Below, in pieces: positions 56,539 through 64,000 of a DNA stretch of 64,000 nt; position 1 is the stretch's first letter; the number at the start of each line of letters is the position of its first letter. Under the pieces are notes generated by a model, which had not been told where the DNA came from, made no database searches, and was given only the letters and a program-made list of their open reading frames with translations. Where the stretch lies: NCBI GenBank assembly GCA_947085985.1, contig CAMTYL010000003.1, positions 15,826-79,825 of the forward strand, written 5' to 3'. A program made the position numbers and the translations under genes. This DNA is from an uncultured bacterium. Lineage in GTDB: Bacteria > Patescibacteriota > Minisyncoccia > Phycocordibacterales > Phycocordibacteraceae.

Positions 56539-57117
56539 CTACAGGGGCAGAGTGTGGGTAAACGCGCTCTTGTCTTGGTCAGTCTGCCACGCAGAGGTGT
56601 CAATTTTAATCGTCTTACTGTCCTTCAAATCCTTGTATTTTAGAGCGCCGTGTTCAAGTGCGTAGTCATAGAGTCTGCGAGTGATGCGCACGTCCTGGAT
56701 ACAGTACTCACGTACTTTGTCGTAGAGCCCTTCCTGCCACCAGCGCACTGACTGGAGTCCATCTCCCGACTTGCCAACTTTCAGCGTCCCTTCTGCAAGC
56801 GATTGGAGGCGAAGTCTTCTACCAAGTGCGTTTTGCACTTCTACCAACAAATCGAGTGAGCGCACTTTGGTAAGGTCGCCAGGGTAGTAATTATTCAAGA
56901 GGGGAATATCAAACGAGTTTGAGTTGTATCCAATCAACACGTCCGCGGTTTCAATAATGGGCCAGAGCTTCGGCAACTCCTCCTTTGAGTACGACGAGTA
57001 CTCGTCGGTCTCGCTATCGTGAATAGCGACAATAGCCAGCTCCATGCGAGAGAGGTCGTTGCGCGAGAGCGTAGGAAACGCGTTAGCGGTTTCTATATCA
57101 AACGTGATTTCACGCAT
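56539..57117 (-). CDS. YprB-like RNase H-fold (DEDD) exonuclease
   Basis: TFDIET, GYNSNSFDIP, YCIQDV. Confidence 0.85.
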   Translation of the reverse strand: MREITFDIETANAFPTLSRNDLSRMELAIVAIHDSETDEYSSYSKEELPKLWPIIETADVLIGYNSNSFDIPLLNNYYPGDLTKVRSLDLLVEVQNALGRRLRLQSLAEGTLKVGKSGDGLQSVRWWQEGLYDKVREYCIQDVRITRRLYDYALEHGALKYKDLKDSKTIKIDTSAWQTDQDKSAFTHTLPL

Positions 57118-57120
57118 GCG

Positions 57121-58386
57121 CTAGGTTAAAAACTCTACCAAGCCTGATACCTCACACACTTCCTCGGTACTGTCTGCGAGATGCTTCACTTTCACAGAAC
57201 CAGAGCTGCGCTCCTCTTCACCAAAGGCCAGGAAGTAGGGAGTGGTTCGGCGCACCGCTTCTTTAATTTGGTCTCCAAGCGATTTGGTCCCTGCGTGCAC
57301 AATCACTGAGATGCCGGAAGCGCGCAGCGTGTCGGCAAGCTCTTCTGCCGGAGCTCTGCCGTCCTCACTCGGTACGCCAATGTAGAGGGTTGGGGCAGCG
57401 GAAGACACTGGCAGAAGATTGTGCGTATCAAGAAAATCCACGAGCGTCTCTATACCAATGGCAAAACCAACGGCAGGAATCTGCTCTCCCCCAAAGAGTG
57501 CAACAAGTCCGTCATAGCGCCCGCCTCCAAGGAGTGCGCGTGGATTCTCCTTGTTCGTGTCATAGACTTCAAAGATAAGCCCCGTGTAGTAGAGGAAACC
57601 GCGCGCAATGGTTGGGTCAAAGACCACATTGGTGATGCCGCGAGACTCCCACTGCGAAAGTAGCGCGAGCACTTTTGCATACTCAGCGTCGGTTGCTTCG
57701 TCCGTGCGAGCAAGAATTAATTCAAGTGGGTCGGTACCGTTTCTACGAAATGCCTCACGAGCTGACTCAAACTCCTCTTCGGGCATTTTGTCCTTGCGAT
57801 CAAGCAGTCCAAGGTATGCAGTAGTCTCTTCCGTACTAAGTCCAAGGGACGAGCCGGCCTGGTTTACCAGCGCGCGAGAATTAACGCGGACAATAAAGTC
57901 GCTCTCGGTAGCACCAAACGCACGGAGCACTTTTGCTGCAACTACCACCACTTCAGCTTCAGCGCGAGCGTCACCCAAACCTACAAGGTCCACGTCTGCC
58001 TGATAGAACTCGCGAGACCGGCCCTTTTGCGGACGCTCGTATCGGAAGCGATTGCCGATAGAAAACCAGCGAGCAGGGAACGGAATATCGCGCCTACGCG
58101 CCGCTATCATGCGTGCGAGCGTGGGGGTCATCTCGGGGCGCAGTGTCACTCTCCGATCTCCGCGGTCGGTGAAGGTGTAGGTCTGCTGGTTCACAATCTC
58201 TTCGGACGTTTTGCTCTCGTACAGCTCCGCTCGCTCAAGGGTGGACGCTTGATACTCCTCGTATCCATAGGTACGCAGTGTTGCGCGAATCGTATCAAAG
58301 ACGGCAGAGACCGTTGCCCAGTCTGCTGGATAATAGTCGTGTACACCCTTGTACGGCTCGGTGCTTAGGGGTTCTTTCTCGCTCAT
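57121..58386 (-). CDS. hisS: Histidine--tRNA ligase
   Basis: LRPEMT, FRYERPQKGR.REFYQ, RGFLYYTG, GGGRYD. Confidence 0.97.
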   Translation of the reverse strand: MSEKEPLSTEPYKGVHDYYPADWATVSAVFDTIRATLRTYGYEEYQASTLERAELYESKTSEEIVNQQTYTFTDRGDRRVTLRPEMTPTLARMIAARRRDIPFPARWFSIGNRFRYERPQKGRSREFYQADVDLVGLGDARAEAEVVVVAAKVLRAFGATESDFIVRVNSRALVNQAGSSLGLSTEETTAYLGLLDRKDKMPEEEFESAREAFRRNGTDPLELILARTDEATDAEYAKVLALLSQWESRGITNVVFDPTIARGFLYYTGLIFEVYDTNKENPRALLGGGRYDGLVALFGGEQIPAVGFAIGIETLVDFLDTHNLLPVSSAAPTLYIGVPSEDGRAPAEELADTLRASGISVIVHAGTKSLGDQIKEAVRRTTPYFLAFGEEERSSGSVKVKHLADSTEEVCEVSGLVEFLT

Positions 58387-58432
58387 ATACATAGGAGTGT
58401 ACCAGACCGGACTCAGTCCTAAAACTGAAGCG

Positions 58433-58987
58433 CTACACCTCGTGCTTTCCTCGGTGCAAAACGGCAATCTCCTTCATGATAAGGTCGCGCATGCCTTGCG
58501 GGTCGGCAACACCGTCCATGCGAAAAAGGTTGGAGGCCGTTCCTGCAGTTTCTACCTGCACACAGCCGTATCCAAAAATATCGGAGAGTATGCCGTAGGT
58601 CTCCGTAGTGACGTCTTGTACACGCATCAGTAGGAAGCTAGAAACCTTACGATTAAAAAACTGATACTGGCGAATCTTTACAATTCTGTGGTTCGTTATC
58701 ACCCATACATTCAGGAAGTAGTTGGTGAATGCATTAAAGGCACCAACCCAGAGCATGAGCCACCAGAGACCAAGAGCTATTCGCACCCACGGTGTTGCAA
58801 TGGTGAGGCCTGCCATCGTGCCAGAGAGAGCGGGGTAGAGCGATGTGCCCCACGCAAGTACAAAAGGAAACAACAGGGGTAGTAGTGCGAGGAACAGGTA
58901 CGGAAACAACATGCCCAGAAACACGAGCCAGTGCTTGCGTACTTCTTTCATGATGTGTTCACCTGGTTCTAGTTCAAATTCTTCCAT
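58433..58987 (-). CDS. Bacterial PH-domain membrane protein
   Basis: VRKHW, 2 TMs, WVITNHRI, VQDV, GYG.V.VETAG. Confidence 0.85.
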   Translation of the reverse strand: MEEFELEPGEHIMKEVRKHWLVFLGMLFPYLFLALLPLLFPFVLAWGTSLYPALSGTMAGLTIATPWVRIALGLWWLMLWVGAFNAFTNYFLNVWVITNHRIVKIRQYQFFNRKVSSFLLMRVQDVTTETYGILSDIFGYGCVQVETAGTASNLFRMDGVADPQGMRDLIMKEIAVLHRGKHEV

Positions 58988-58989
58988 AG

Positions 58990-59115
58990 CCTATATGCCT
59001 AACATCTTTATCTGCTGCGTTGCGGGTCCCGACTCCTCACTGCGTCGTACTGCTAGTACGCCTCCGTTCCTCGTCTTCCCGCGCCTTGCATATAAGAGAT
59101 GTGTAGACATATAGG
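58990..59115 (-). repeat. Structured hairpin element, copy E
   Basis: Minus: ATGC AAGGC gcggg..GAGGCGTAC tagca GTACGACGC..cccgc AACGCAGCA GA; outer stem cctatatg/catatagg. Confidence 0.8.
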
Positions 59116-59122
59116 AAGAGGA

Positions 59123-59386
59123 TTATGTAATGCCACTAACAACAAAGAGTGCCAGCACCACCGACACAAACACATGCGTAATAATAGCGGGCACTGCCAC
59201 GCTGGTGCTGTGCCCGTAGCGCAGCAGGTGATAGCTCGCCACGATAGTGTAGATGAGCCAAATGACGAAAAGTATCCACGCAATGACCGATATGGTGGCC
59301 GCTGAGTTCAGCTGGCTCAAAAGCGGACCAAATACCTCTGTGGGAGAAGATATGCCGTCAAACGGTACGTACGCCTCTTGTTCCAT
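59123..59386 (-). CDS. Small 2-TM protein
   Basis: ATG overlaps the prmC TAA; YHLLRYG between TMs. Confidence 0.75.
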   Translation of the reverse strand: MEQEAYVPFDGISSPTEVFGPLLSQLNSAATISVIAWILFVIWLIYTIVASYHLLRYGHSTSVAVPAIITHVFVSVVLALFVVSGIT

Positions 59387-60135
59387 TACGGAAAGTATCC
59401 CACGACGATACGCGGCCTACCATAGTGGTCATTGCGTATCTCAACCGCGCTAAACCCCCGATCACGCATGAGACTAGCTGCACCTTCGGCATTACTGTTG
59501 TCGCACTCCATCCACAACTCTCCACCCGGTAGTAGGTGGTCGGGTGCATCTGAAACGATGCGACGGACAATGCTGAGGCCATCACTTCCTGCAAAGAGTG
59601 CCTCGTGTGGCTCGTAGTGCATCACACTCGGGTCAAGCTCGCGACCCTCCGGAATGTAGGGCGGGTTGGTTGCGATGATGGTGAACCGCTCGCTTGCAAA
59701 CGGTGCAAACAAGTCCCCGCTGGCAATGGTAGCGCGCGCCTTATCCAGCTGGTTCTCGTCCACGTTCATGGCAATGAGCGCGGTGTGGACAGGTGAGAGC
59801 TCGGCAAAGGACACGTTCGCAGTTTCTATAGCCTGTAGTACAGACAGGCCGATAGCTCCCGAGCCCGCACACAAATCAAGAAGAGAGATGGGCTCTGTGT
59901 ATTTCTCACGAATGTGTGCAATGAGCGCCTCGGTCCACCACTCAGTCTCTGGCCGTGGAATGAGCGGATGCGAATCCAGACGCAGAGAAAGCCCCAAAAA
60001 GGGTATCCACCCAATCACATACGCGAGCGGCTCTCCCGAGCCAAGGCGAATCAAATCGTCACGCATGTCTGCGCTTGTGTCTCCCGCGTACTTGTCGCGA
60101 TACAGGTGTGCAATATCGGCCGGGTCAATATCCAT
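59386..60135 (-). CDS. prmC: Release factor glutamine methyltransferase
   Basis: GEPLAYV.G, LIPRPETE, DLCAGSG, TNPPY, EPHEALFAG. Confidence 0.95.
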   Translation of the reverse strand: MDIDPADIAHLYRDKYAGDTSADMRDDLIRLGSGEPLAYVIGWIPFLGLSLRLDSHPLIPRPETEWWTEALIAHIREKYTEPISLLDLCAGSGAIGLSVLQAIETANVSFAELSPVHTALIAMNVDENQLDKARATIASGDLFAPFASERFTIIATNPPYIPEGRELDPSVMHYEPHEALFAGSDGLSIVRRIVSDAPDHLLPGGELWMECDNSNAEGAASLMRDRGFSAVEIRNDHYGRPRIVVGYFP

Positions 60136-60218
60136 GGGTTCACTGTACCGCGTGGGCGACACGACATAAAGAAAACAGCCGGGAGATTGCTCTCCCGGCT
60201 GTATTTCTTGTGAGGCTC

Positions 60219-60614
60219 TTAGTAGCCTCCGCGATCGCCGCCGCCGAAGCCGCCGCCGTAACCGCCACCGCGATTACCTCCGCGATCGCCGCCGCCGAAG
60301 CCGCCGCCACGATTACCACCACCGTACCCGCCGCGAGAGCCTTCCTCGCGAGGAGGGCGCTCTCCCTGAGGGCGAGCCATAGAAACAGATAGCATGCGGC
60401 CATCAAATTCCTTTCCGTCCCAGCGGTCAATAGCAGCCTGAGCTTCTTCCTCAGACGCCATTTCCACGAAACCGAATCCGCGTGAGCGGCCAGTCATACG
60501 GTCGCTGATAATACTTACCGAAGTTACGGTACCAGCTTCTTCAAAGATAGTACGCATTTCGTCTTCGGTTGTGCGGTATGGAATACCGCCTACATAGAGC
60601 TTGCTTGTTGCCAT
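60219..60614 (-). CDS. RRM RNA-binding protein with Gly-rich tail
   Basis: KLYVGGI (RNP2), RSRGFGFVEM (RNP1), GGFGGGDRGG repeats. Confidence 0.95.
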   Translation of the reverse strand: MATSKLYVGGIPYRTTEDEMRTIFEEAGTVTSVSIISDRMTGRSRGFGFVEMASEEEAQAAIDRWDGKEFDGRMLSVSMARPQGERPPREEGSRGGYGGGNRGGGFGGGDRGGNRGGGYGGGFGGGDRGGY

Positions 60615-60767
60615 GGGGGCTGTGAGATACTTGGATAACCTCGCCGCTCGAACACTTTGATGCGGCACATATGCCACGATAAGCTTCACCTGCCTTGCGA
60701 GTTATCTCTACTATGCTACAGAGTAGGCGTTTTCGCAACACGTGTACCTTGGTGTGGGGATAGTGTG

Positions 60768-61496
60768 CTAGCAGTCGCGCAGCTGTAGCTCGCGGATGGA
60801 GCGGTTGCGGTGAATGAGCTCGTCGTTTCTGATGGACTCAAACAACTCGTACTCGCTGCGACAGGTGCGACCATAAAACGTAAGGAAGTCTGACACAATA
60901 AGCGTGTCTTTCAATCGCGCTTCATGGAGATGCAGAAACTTTGAGTACTGGTCGTATGCATGGCTCTCAAACAGATAGTTCAACTCAAGCGCTGCTTTTC
61001 GAGAAACCATGTACAACAGCCAAATCGTCCAGAAGTAGAAAAGTGCAAACACGAGCGGTATGAGTGTGTGGCGAAAAAATCCCGTGCACTTCAGCTTCTT
61101 GGTGATCTGGGTAATGACCACCACATGCATGGTTTCATTGTCCTGGGCTTGGCGGCTAAAGCTGCTTGTTTTTGCTAGTTTGATTGCACGCTCCTCGTCT
61201 CCGTAGAAGCAGGTGAGGATAGTGTAGGCGGCTACTTCCCACGACTGGTAGGGAATGCGGGCGATGACTTCCACCGCCTTAAACTTTCCGTAGGACGGGC
61301 GATGGCCGTACACCACATTGCCTGCGGTCACCAGTATCCAGCCGAGTATTCGGGGTACCAGCATTGGCTTGTAGTTGTCGTAGGGCGCTGCGTACTCGTT
61401 TCTAATTGCGTCGTCGTTTAATGCTTTAACAAGAGATTCGTGCGCAGTGTGGCTCTCGCGCATGCCGGTGGGAAGTACGGTGTGTGAAGTCGTCAT
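60768..61496 (-). CDS. Alternative oxidase/PTOX-like di-iron carboxylate protein
   Basis: EVIARIPY, DNETMH, amphipathic/TM helix, FESHAY..Y, IRNDELIH. Confidence 0.8.
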   Translation of the reverse strand: MTTSHTVLPTGMRESHTAHESLVKALNDDAIRNEYAAPYDNYKPMLVPRILGWILVTAGNVVYGHRPSYGKFKAVEVIARIPYQSWEVAAYTILTCFYGDEERAIKLAKTSSFSRQAQDNETMHVVVITQITKKLKCTGFFRHTLIPLVFALFYFWTIWLLYMVSRKAALELNYLFESHAYDQYSKFLHLHEARLKDTLIVSDFLTFYGRTCRSEYELFESIRNDELIHRNRSIRELQLRDC

Positions 61497-61516
61497 GCAA
61501 AATATCGTAGCACGCG

Positions 61517-63178
61517 CTACTTGGTTTTAATCATGTCGCGCTCAATATCGGCAAAGGTGCCATGCACTTTCTTGCCTGGGTTAAAGATATCAAGCGGGTC
61601 AAAAATACGTTTTGTTTCCTCAAACACCGCCACCATCTTTGCGCCAAAGAGCTGTGGCAGATACGGCGTGCGGATAATGCCATCGTTGTGCTCGCCAGTC
61701 GTAGTCCCACCGTACTCAATGACGAGGTCATAGACGCGGGGCGCTAGCTCAAGCACCACGTCGCGCGTTTCTTTCTTACTTAAGTCCATAAGCGGAATGA
61801 TGTGGAAGTTTCCGTTTCCGATGTGGCCTGCAATCGTGTACACAAACTTGTCCTTATACTCGGCAAGGAGAGCGTCCAGCTTCGGAAGAAATTCTGGATA
61901 ACAATCAGGCGTGACCACAAAGTCGTCAATAAACGGTGCTGCGTACATGCCACGCACACTCTTGCGAAGCAAGGAGAAGCTTTCGCGGCGCACCTTCCAA
62001 TATTTCTGCGCTTCTCGTTCGTTGCGCTTTATGCTCATAGTGAGCCCGAGTGGTCGAAGGGCGTCGTGTGCTTTTTTTGCCGCGAAGAGCGCTTCCTCTG
62101 CGGTGTCCTCGGAAAACTCTGCCATAAGTACTAACTTTGGTACGCCACCACGGAGCACCATGAACACTTCAGGAATAAAGGAAAGTCCTAATCGAATTGC
62201 AGGGATAAGTCCCATCTGCGAGAGCATCTGTGGGAGAAAGCGCACAGCGAGTGAAAAGGTGTGGTCGTCGTAGGACTCAAACGACTCGGGGTTGAAGGGA
62301 AGTACGGTGCGGACAATTTCTGGTAGATGCTTCAAATCAGAGAGGAATATGACAAGCATCGCGCGATGCTCTTGTTGGCGCACAAGCCGCAGCTTGAACT
62401 TCGTCGTGAGTGCCAGGGTGCCCTGCGCGCCGCAGATAAGTTTTGCGATGTTCATGGTTCCTGTCTTTGGGTCCATCACATCCCACAGTGCGTACCCTGC
62501 GGAATTTTTAGATACCTTTGGCTTTGCGGCGGCTATTTCGTCTTTGTGAAGTTCCAAAAGCTCGGTCAGTTCTCGGTAAATGCCGCCTTCGCGTGTTTTG
62601 AGTTGCTTCTTTTCCTCCACTTCTGATTTAGAAAGCGGACCAAAGGTGACAATGCTGCCGTCGTCCAAAACTGCTTCTACTTCTTCTATGTAGTCGCTGG
62701 TCTTTCCGTACTCTAGCGTGCGCTCGCCTCCGGAATTGTTATTCACGATTCCGCCAAGCGCTGCTATCTCACGGGATGCGGGATAGGAGGGAAGTATCTG
62801 GTTCCCGTCTGCGAGCGTCGCCTTCTCAAAATCGCGGTAGTAACAGCCAGGCTCTACTACGGCGTACCCATTTCTCACTTCTATTACCTTGTTGATGTAT
62901 GTGGTGAACACTGCAACGACAGACGTGGTGAGTGAGCCGCCTGACATGCAGGTCCCCGCTGAGCGTGCAGAAATGGAAACGTTCATACCTTCCTGCTTGG
63001 CGGTGTGTACCGTGCGCACCAGGCCCGCCACGTCCTCTTTATCTTTTGGAAACACCACTACCTCGGGCGTGCGTGTAAAGATACTCGTGTCTCTACTATA
63101 GGTGGCAAGGTCTTTTGCTGAGACCGACACGTCTCCACGCATTTCTTTCTTCAAACGGTCAACAAGGGGGACAGACAT
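61517..63178 (-). CDS. FAD-binding oxidoreductase (GlcD/D-lactate dehydrogenase family)
   Basis: RSAGT.MSG, GGIVNNNSGG, GAQGTL, GHIGNGNFH, GEHNDG, FDP..IFNPGK. Confidence 0.9.
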   Translation of the reverse strand: MSVPLVDRLKKEMRGDVSVSAKDLATYSRDTSIFTRTPEVVVFPKDKEDVAGLVRTVHTAKQEGMNVSISARSAGTCMSGGSLTTSVVAVFTTYINKVIEVRNGYAVVEPGCYYRDFEKATLADGNQILPSYPASREIAALGGIVNNNSGGERTLEYGKTSDYIEEVEAVLDDGSIVTFGPLSKSEVEEKKQLKTREGGIYRELTELLELHKDEIAAAKPKVSKNSAGYALWDVMDPKTGTMNIAKLICGAQGTLALTTKFKLRLVRQQEHRAMLVIFLSDLKHLPEIVRTVLPFNPESFESYDDHTFSLAVRFLPQMLSQMGLIPAIRLGLSFIPEVFMVLRGGVPKLVLMAEFSEDTAEEALFAAKKAHDALRPLGLTMSIKRNEREAQKYWKVRRESFSLLRKSVRGMYAAPFIDDFVVTPDCYPEFLPKLDALLAEYKDKFVYTIAGHIGNGNFHIIPLMDLSKKETRDVVLELAPRVYDLVIEYGGTTTGEHNDGIIRTPYLPQLFGAKMVAVFEETKRIFDPLDIFNPGKKVHGTFADIERDMIKTK

Positions 63179-63219
63179 ATGTACGTCAGTATAGCAGTCT
63201 ACCCATTTGTGTATGGGGA

Positions 63220-63639
63220 TTAGTGATGGAGTCCGACCACTTTAAAATTGTAGAAGAGATTAAAAAGGTAGTTGCCCATACCCACAAAAAGCGAGGTGAG
63301 TACACGCGCAGCCAGGAAATGAAGACCCGCATAGGTCACAAACAACGTGACCCCCAACGTGGTGACGAGCGCTCCAAGCACTGCCACGCCAATAAAGACC
63401 GAGTACCCAACCCTGTGTCTGCGAGTGGTGCCGCGAAATACAAAGCGTCTACTTATAAGGTAATTGAGAGATACTGCTACCAAGAACGCGCCCGGAGTCG
63501 CCAGATAATAGGGTACGCCAAGGTACGTAGTCACTAAAAACAGAAGCAGTAGGTCAAAGAGAAAGGTGGAGCCGCCCACCAGCACATAGCGAAGGAAGCG
63601 CACAAGCGCCTTGCGTTCTACATATTGTGCAAGGTTCAT
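63220..63639 (-). CDS. GtrA-family membrane protein
   Basis: FLRYVLVG, LNYL.SRRFVF, NYLFN. Confidence 0.9.
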   Translation of the reverse strand: MNLAQYVERKALVRFLRYVLVGGSTFLFDLLLLFLVTTYLGVPYYLATPGAFLVAVSLNYLISRRFVFRGTTRRHRVGYSVFIGVAVLGALVTTLGVTLFVTYAGLHFLAARVLTSLFVGMGNYLFNLFYNFKVVGLHH

Positions 63640-63688
63640 ATACACACTTTAGCGCGGAAAAGGGCAAATGGTATACTGTGCTTTACCT

Positions 63689-64000
63689 ATGAATTCAACC
63701 ATTCCTGCACTAAAAATTACCGATTTGAAGAAGGTGTACGCAGGGGAGAAGGGTAAGCCAGGAACTGAAGCGCTTAAGGGAGTGTCGCTTACGGTGGAGC
63801 AGGGAGAATTCTTTGCACTCCTTGGACCAAATGGGGCAGGGAAAAGCACGCTGATTGGTATTACCTCGGGGCTCACTACCAAATCGTCCGGCACCGTTGA
63901 GATAAACGGCGTGTCGCTTGATGGGGACCCAGACACGGCAAAGGCATCTCTTGGGGTGGTGTCGCAGGAGATCAATCTCAACATTTTTGAAAGGGTGATA
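63689..64000 (+). CDS. ABC transporter ATP-binding protein (3'-partial; not in ORF track)
   Basis: MNSTIPALKITDLKKVY..ALKGVSL..LLGPNGAGKST. Confidence 0.92.
   Translation, partial: MNSTIPALKITDLKKVYAGEKGKPGTEALKGVSLTVEQGEFFALLGPNGAGKSTLIGITSGLTTKSSGTVEINGVSLDGDPDTAKASLGVVSQEINLNIFERVI

Noticed and set aside
60226-60308. 32-bp direct repeat
   Set aside because: It encodes the GGFGGGDRGG repeats of the RRM tail.

Overview
A 64 kb chromosomal segment from a reduced-genome bacterium, most likely Patescibacteria/CPR (Parcubacteria-like). This is inferred from the compact RpoB, TGS-less ThrRS, NusB-NUDIX fusion, short SMC and rpmF-nusB-rnc-smc order; genetic code 11. Core genes are thrS, dnaE, rnhB, rpmF, nusB, rnc, smc, gdhA, rnr, rpsP-khpA-trmD, rpoBC, dnaG-rpoD, a UvrD-nuclease, hisS and prmC. 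There is a low-GC defence island after rpoD (T5orf172/GIY-YIG, DUF2806, frameshifted NYN, type III R-M), a lipase plus membrane-protein island, and an alternative-oxidase-like gene beside an FAD oxidoreductase. No rRNA, tRNA, CRISPR array, integrase or transposase was seen. The strongest unexplained structure has four parts. (1) Two gene grammars coexist: about 20 resident genes have a -10 box only 6-9 nt before the ATG and lack an SD. About 13 scattered single orphan cassettes each have a strong SD and their own terminator, most also have a recognisable promoter, and two adjacent ones share an identical 37-bp terminator. (2) Five same-strand copies of a covarying ~100-125 nt hairpin element. 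(3) Candidate small RNAs, one convergent on the NYN RNase gene. (4) A 22-bp site built on an 18-bp palindrome, found both in an intergenic 46-bp perfect palindrome and inside a CDS. Family calls come from motif recognition only; no searches were run.
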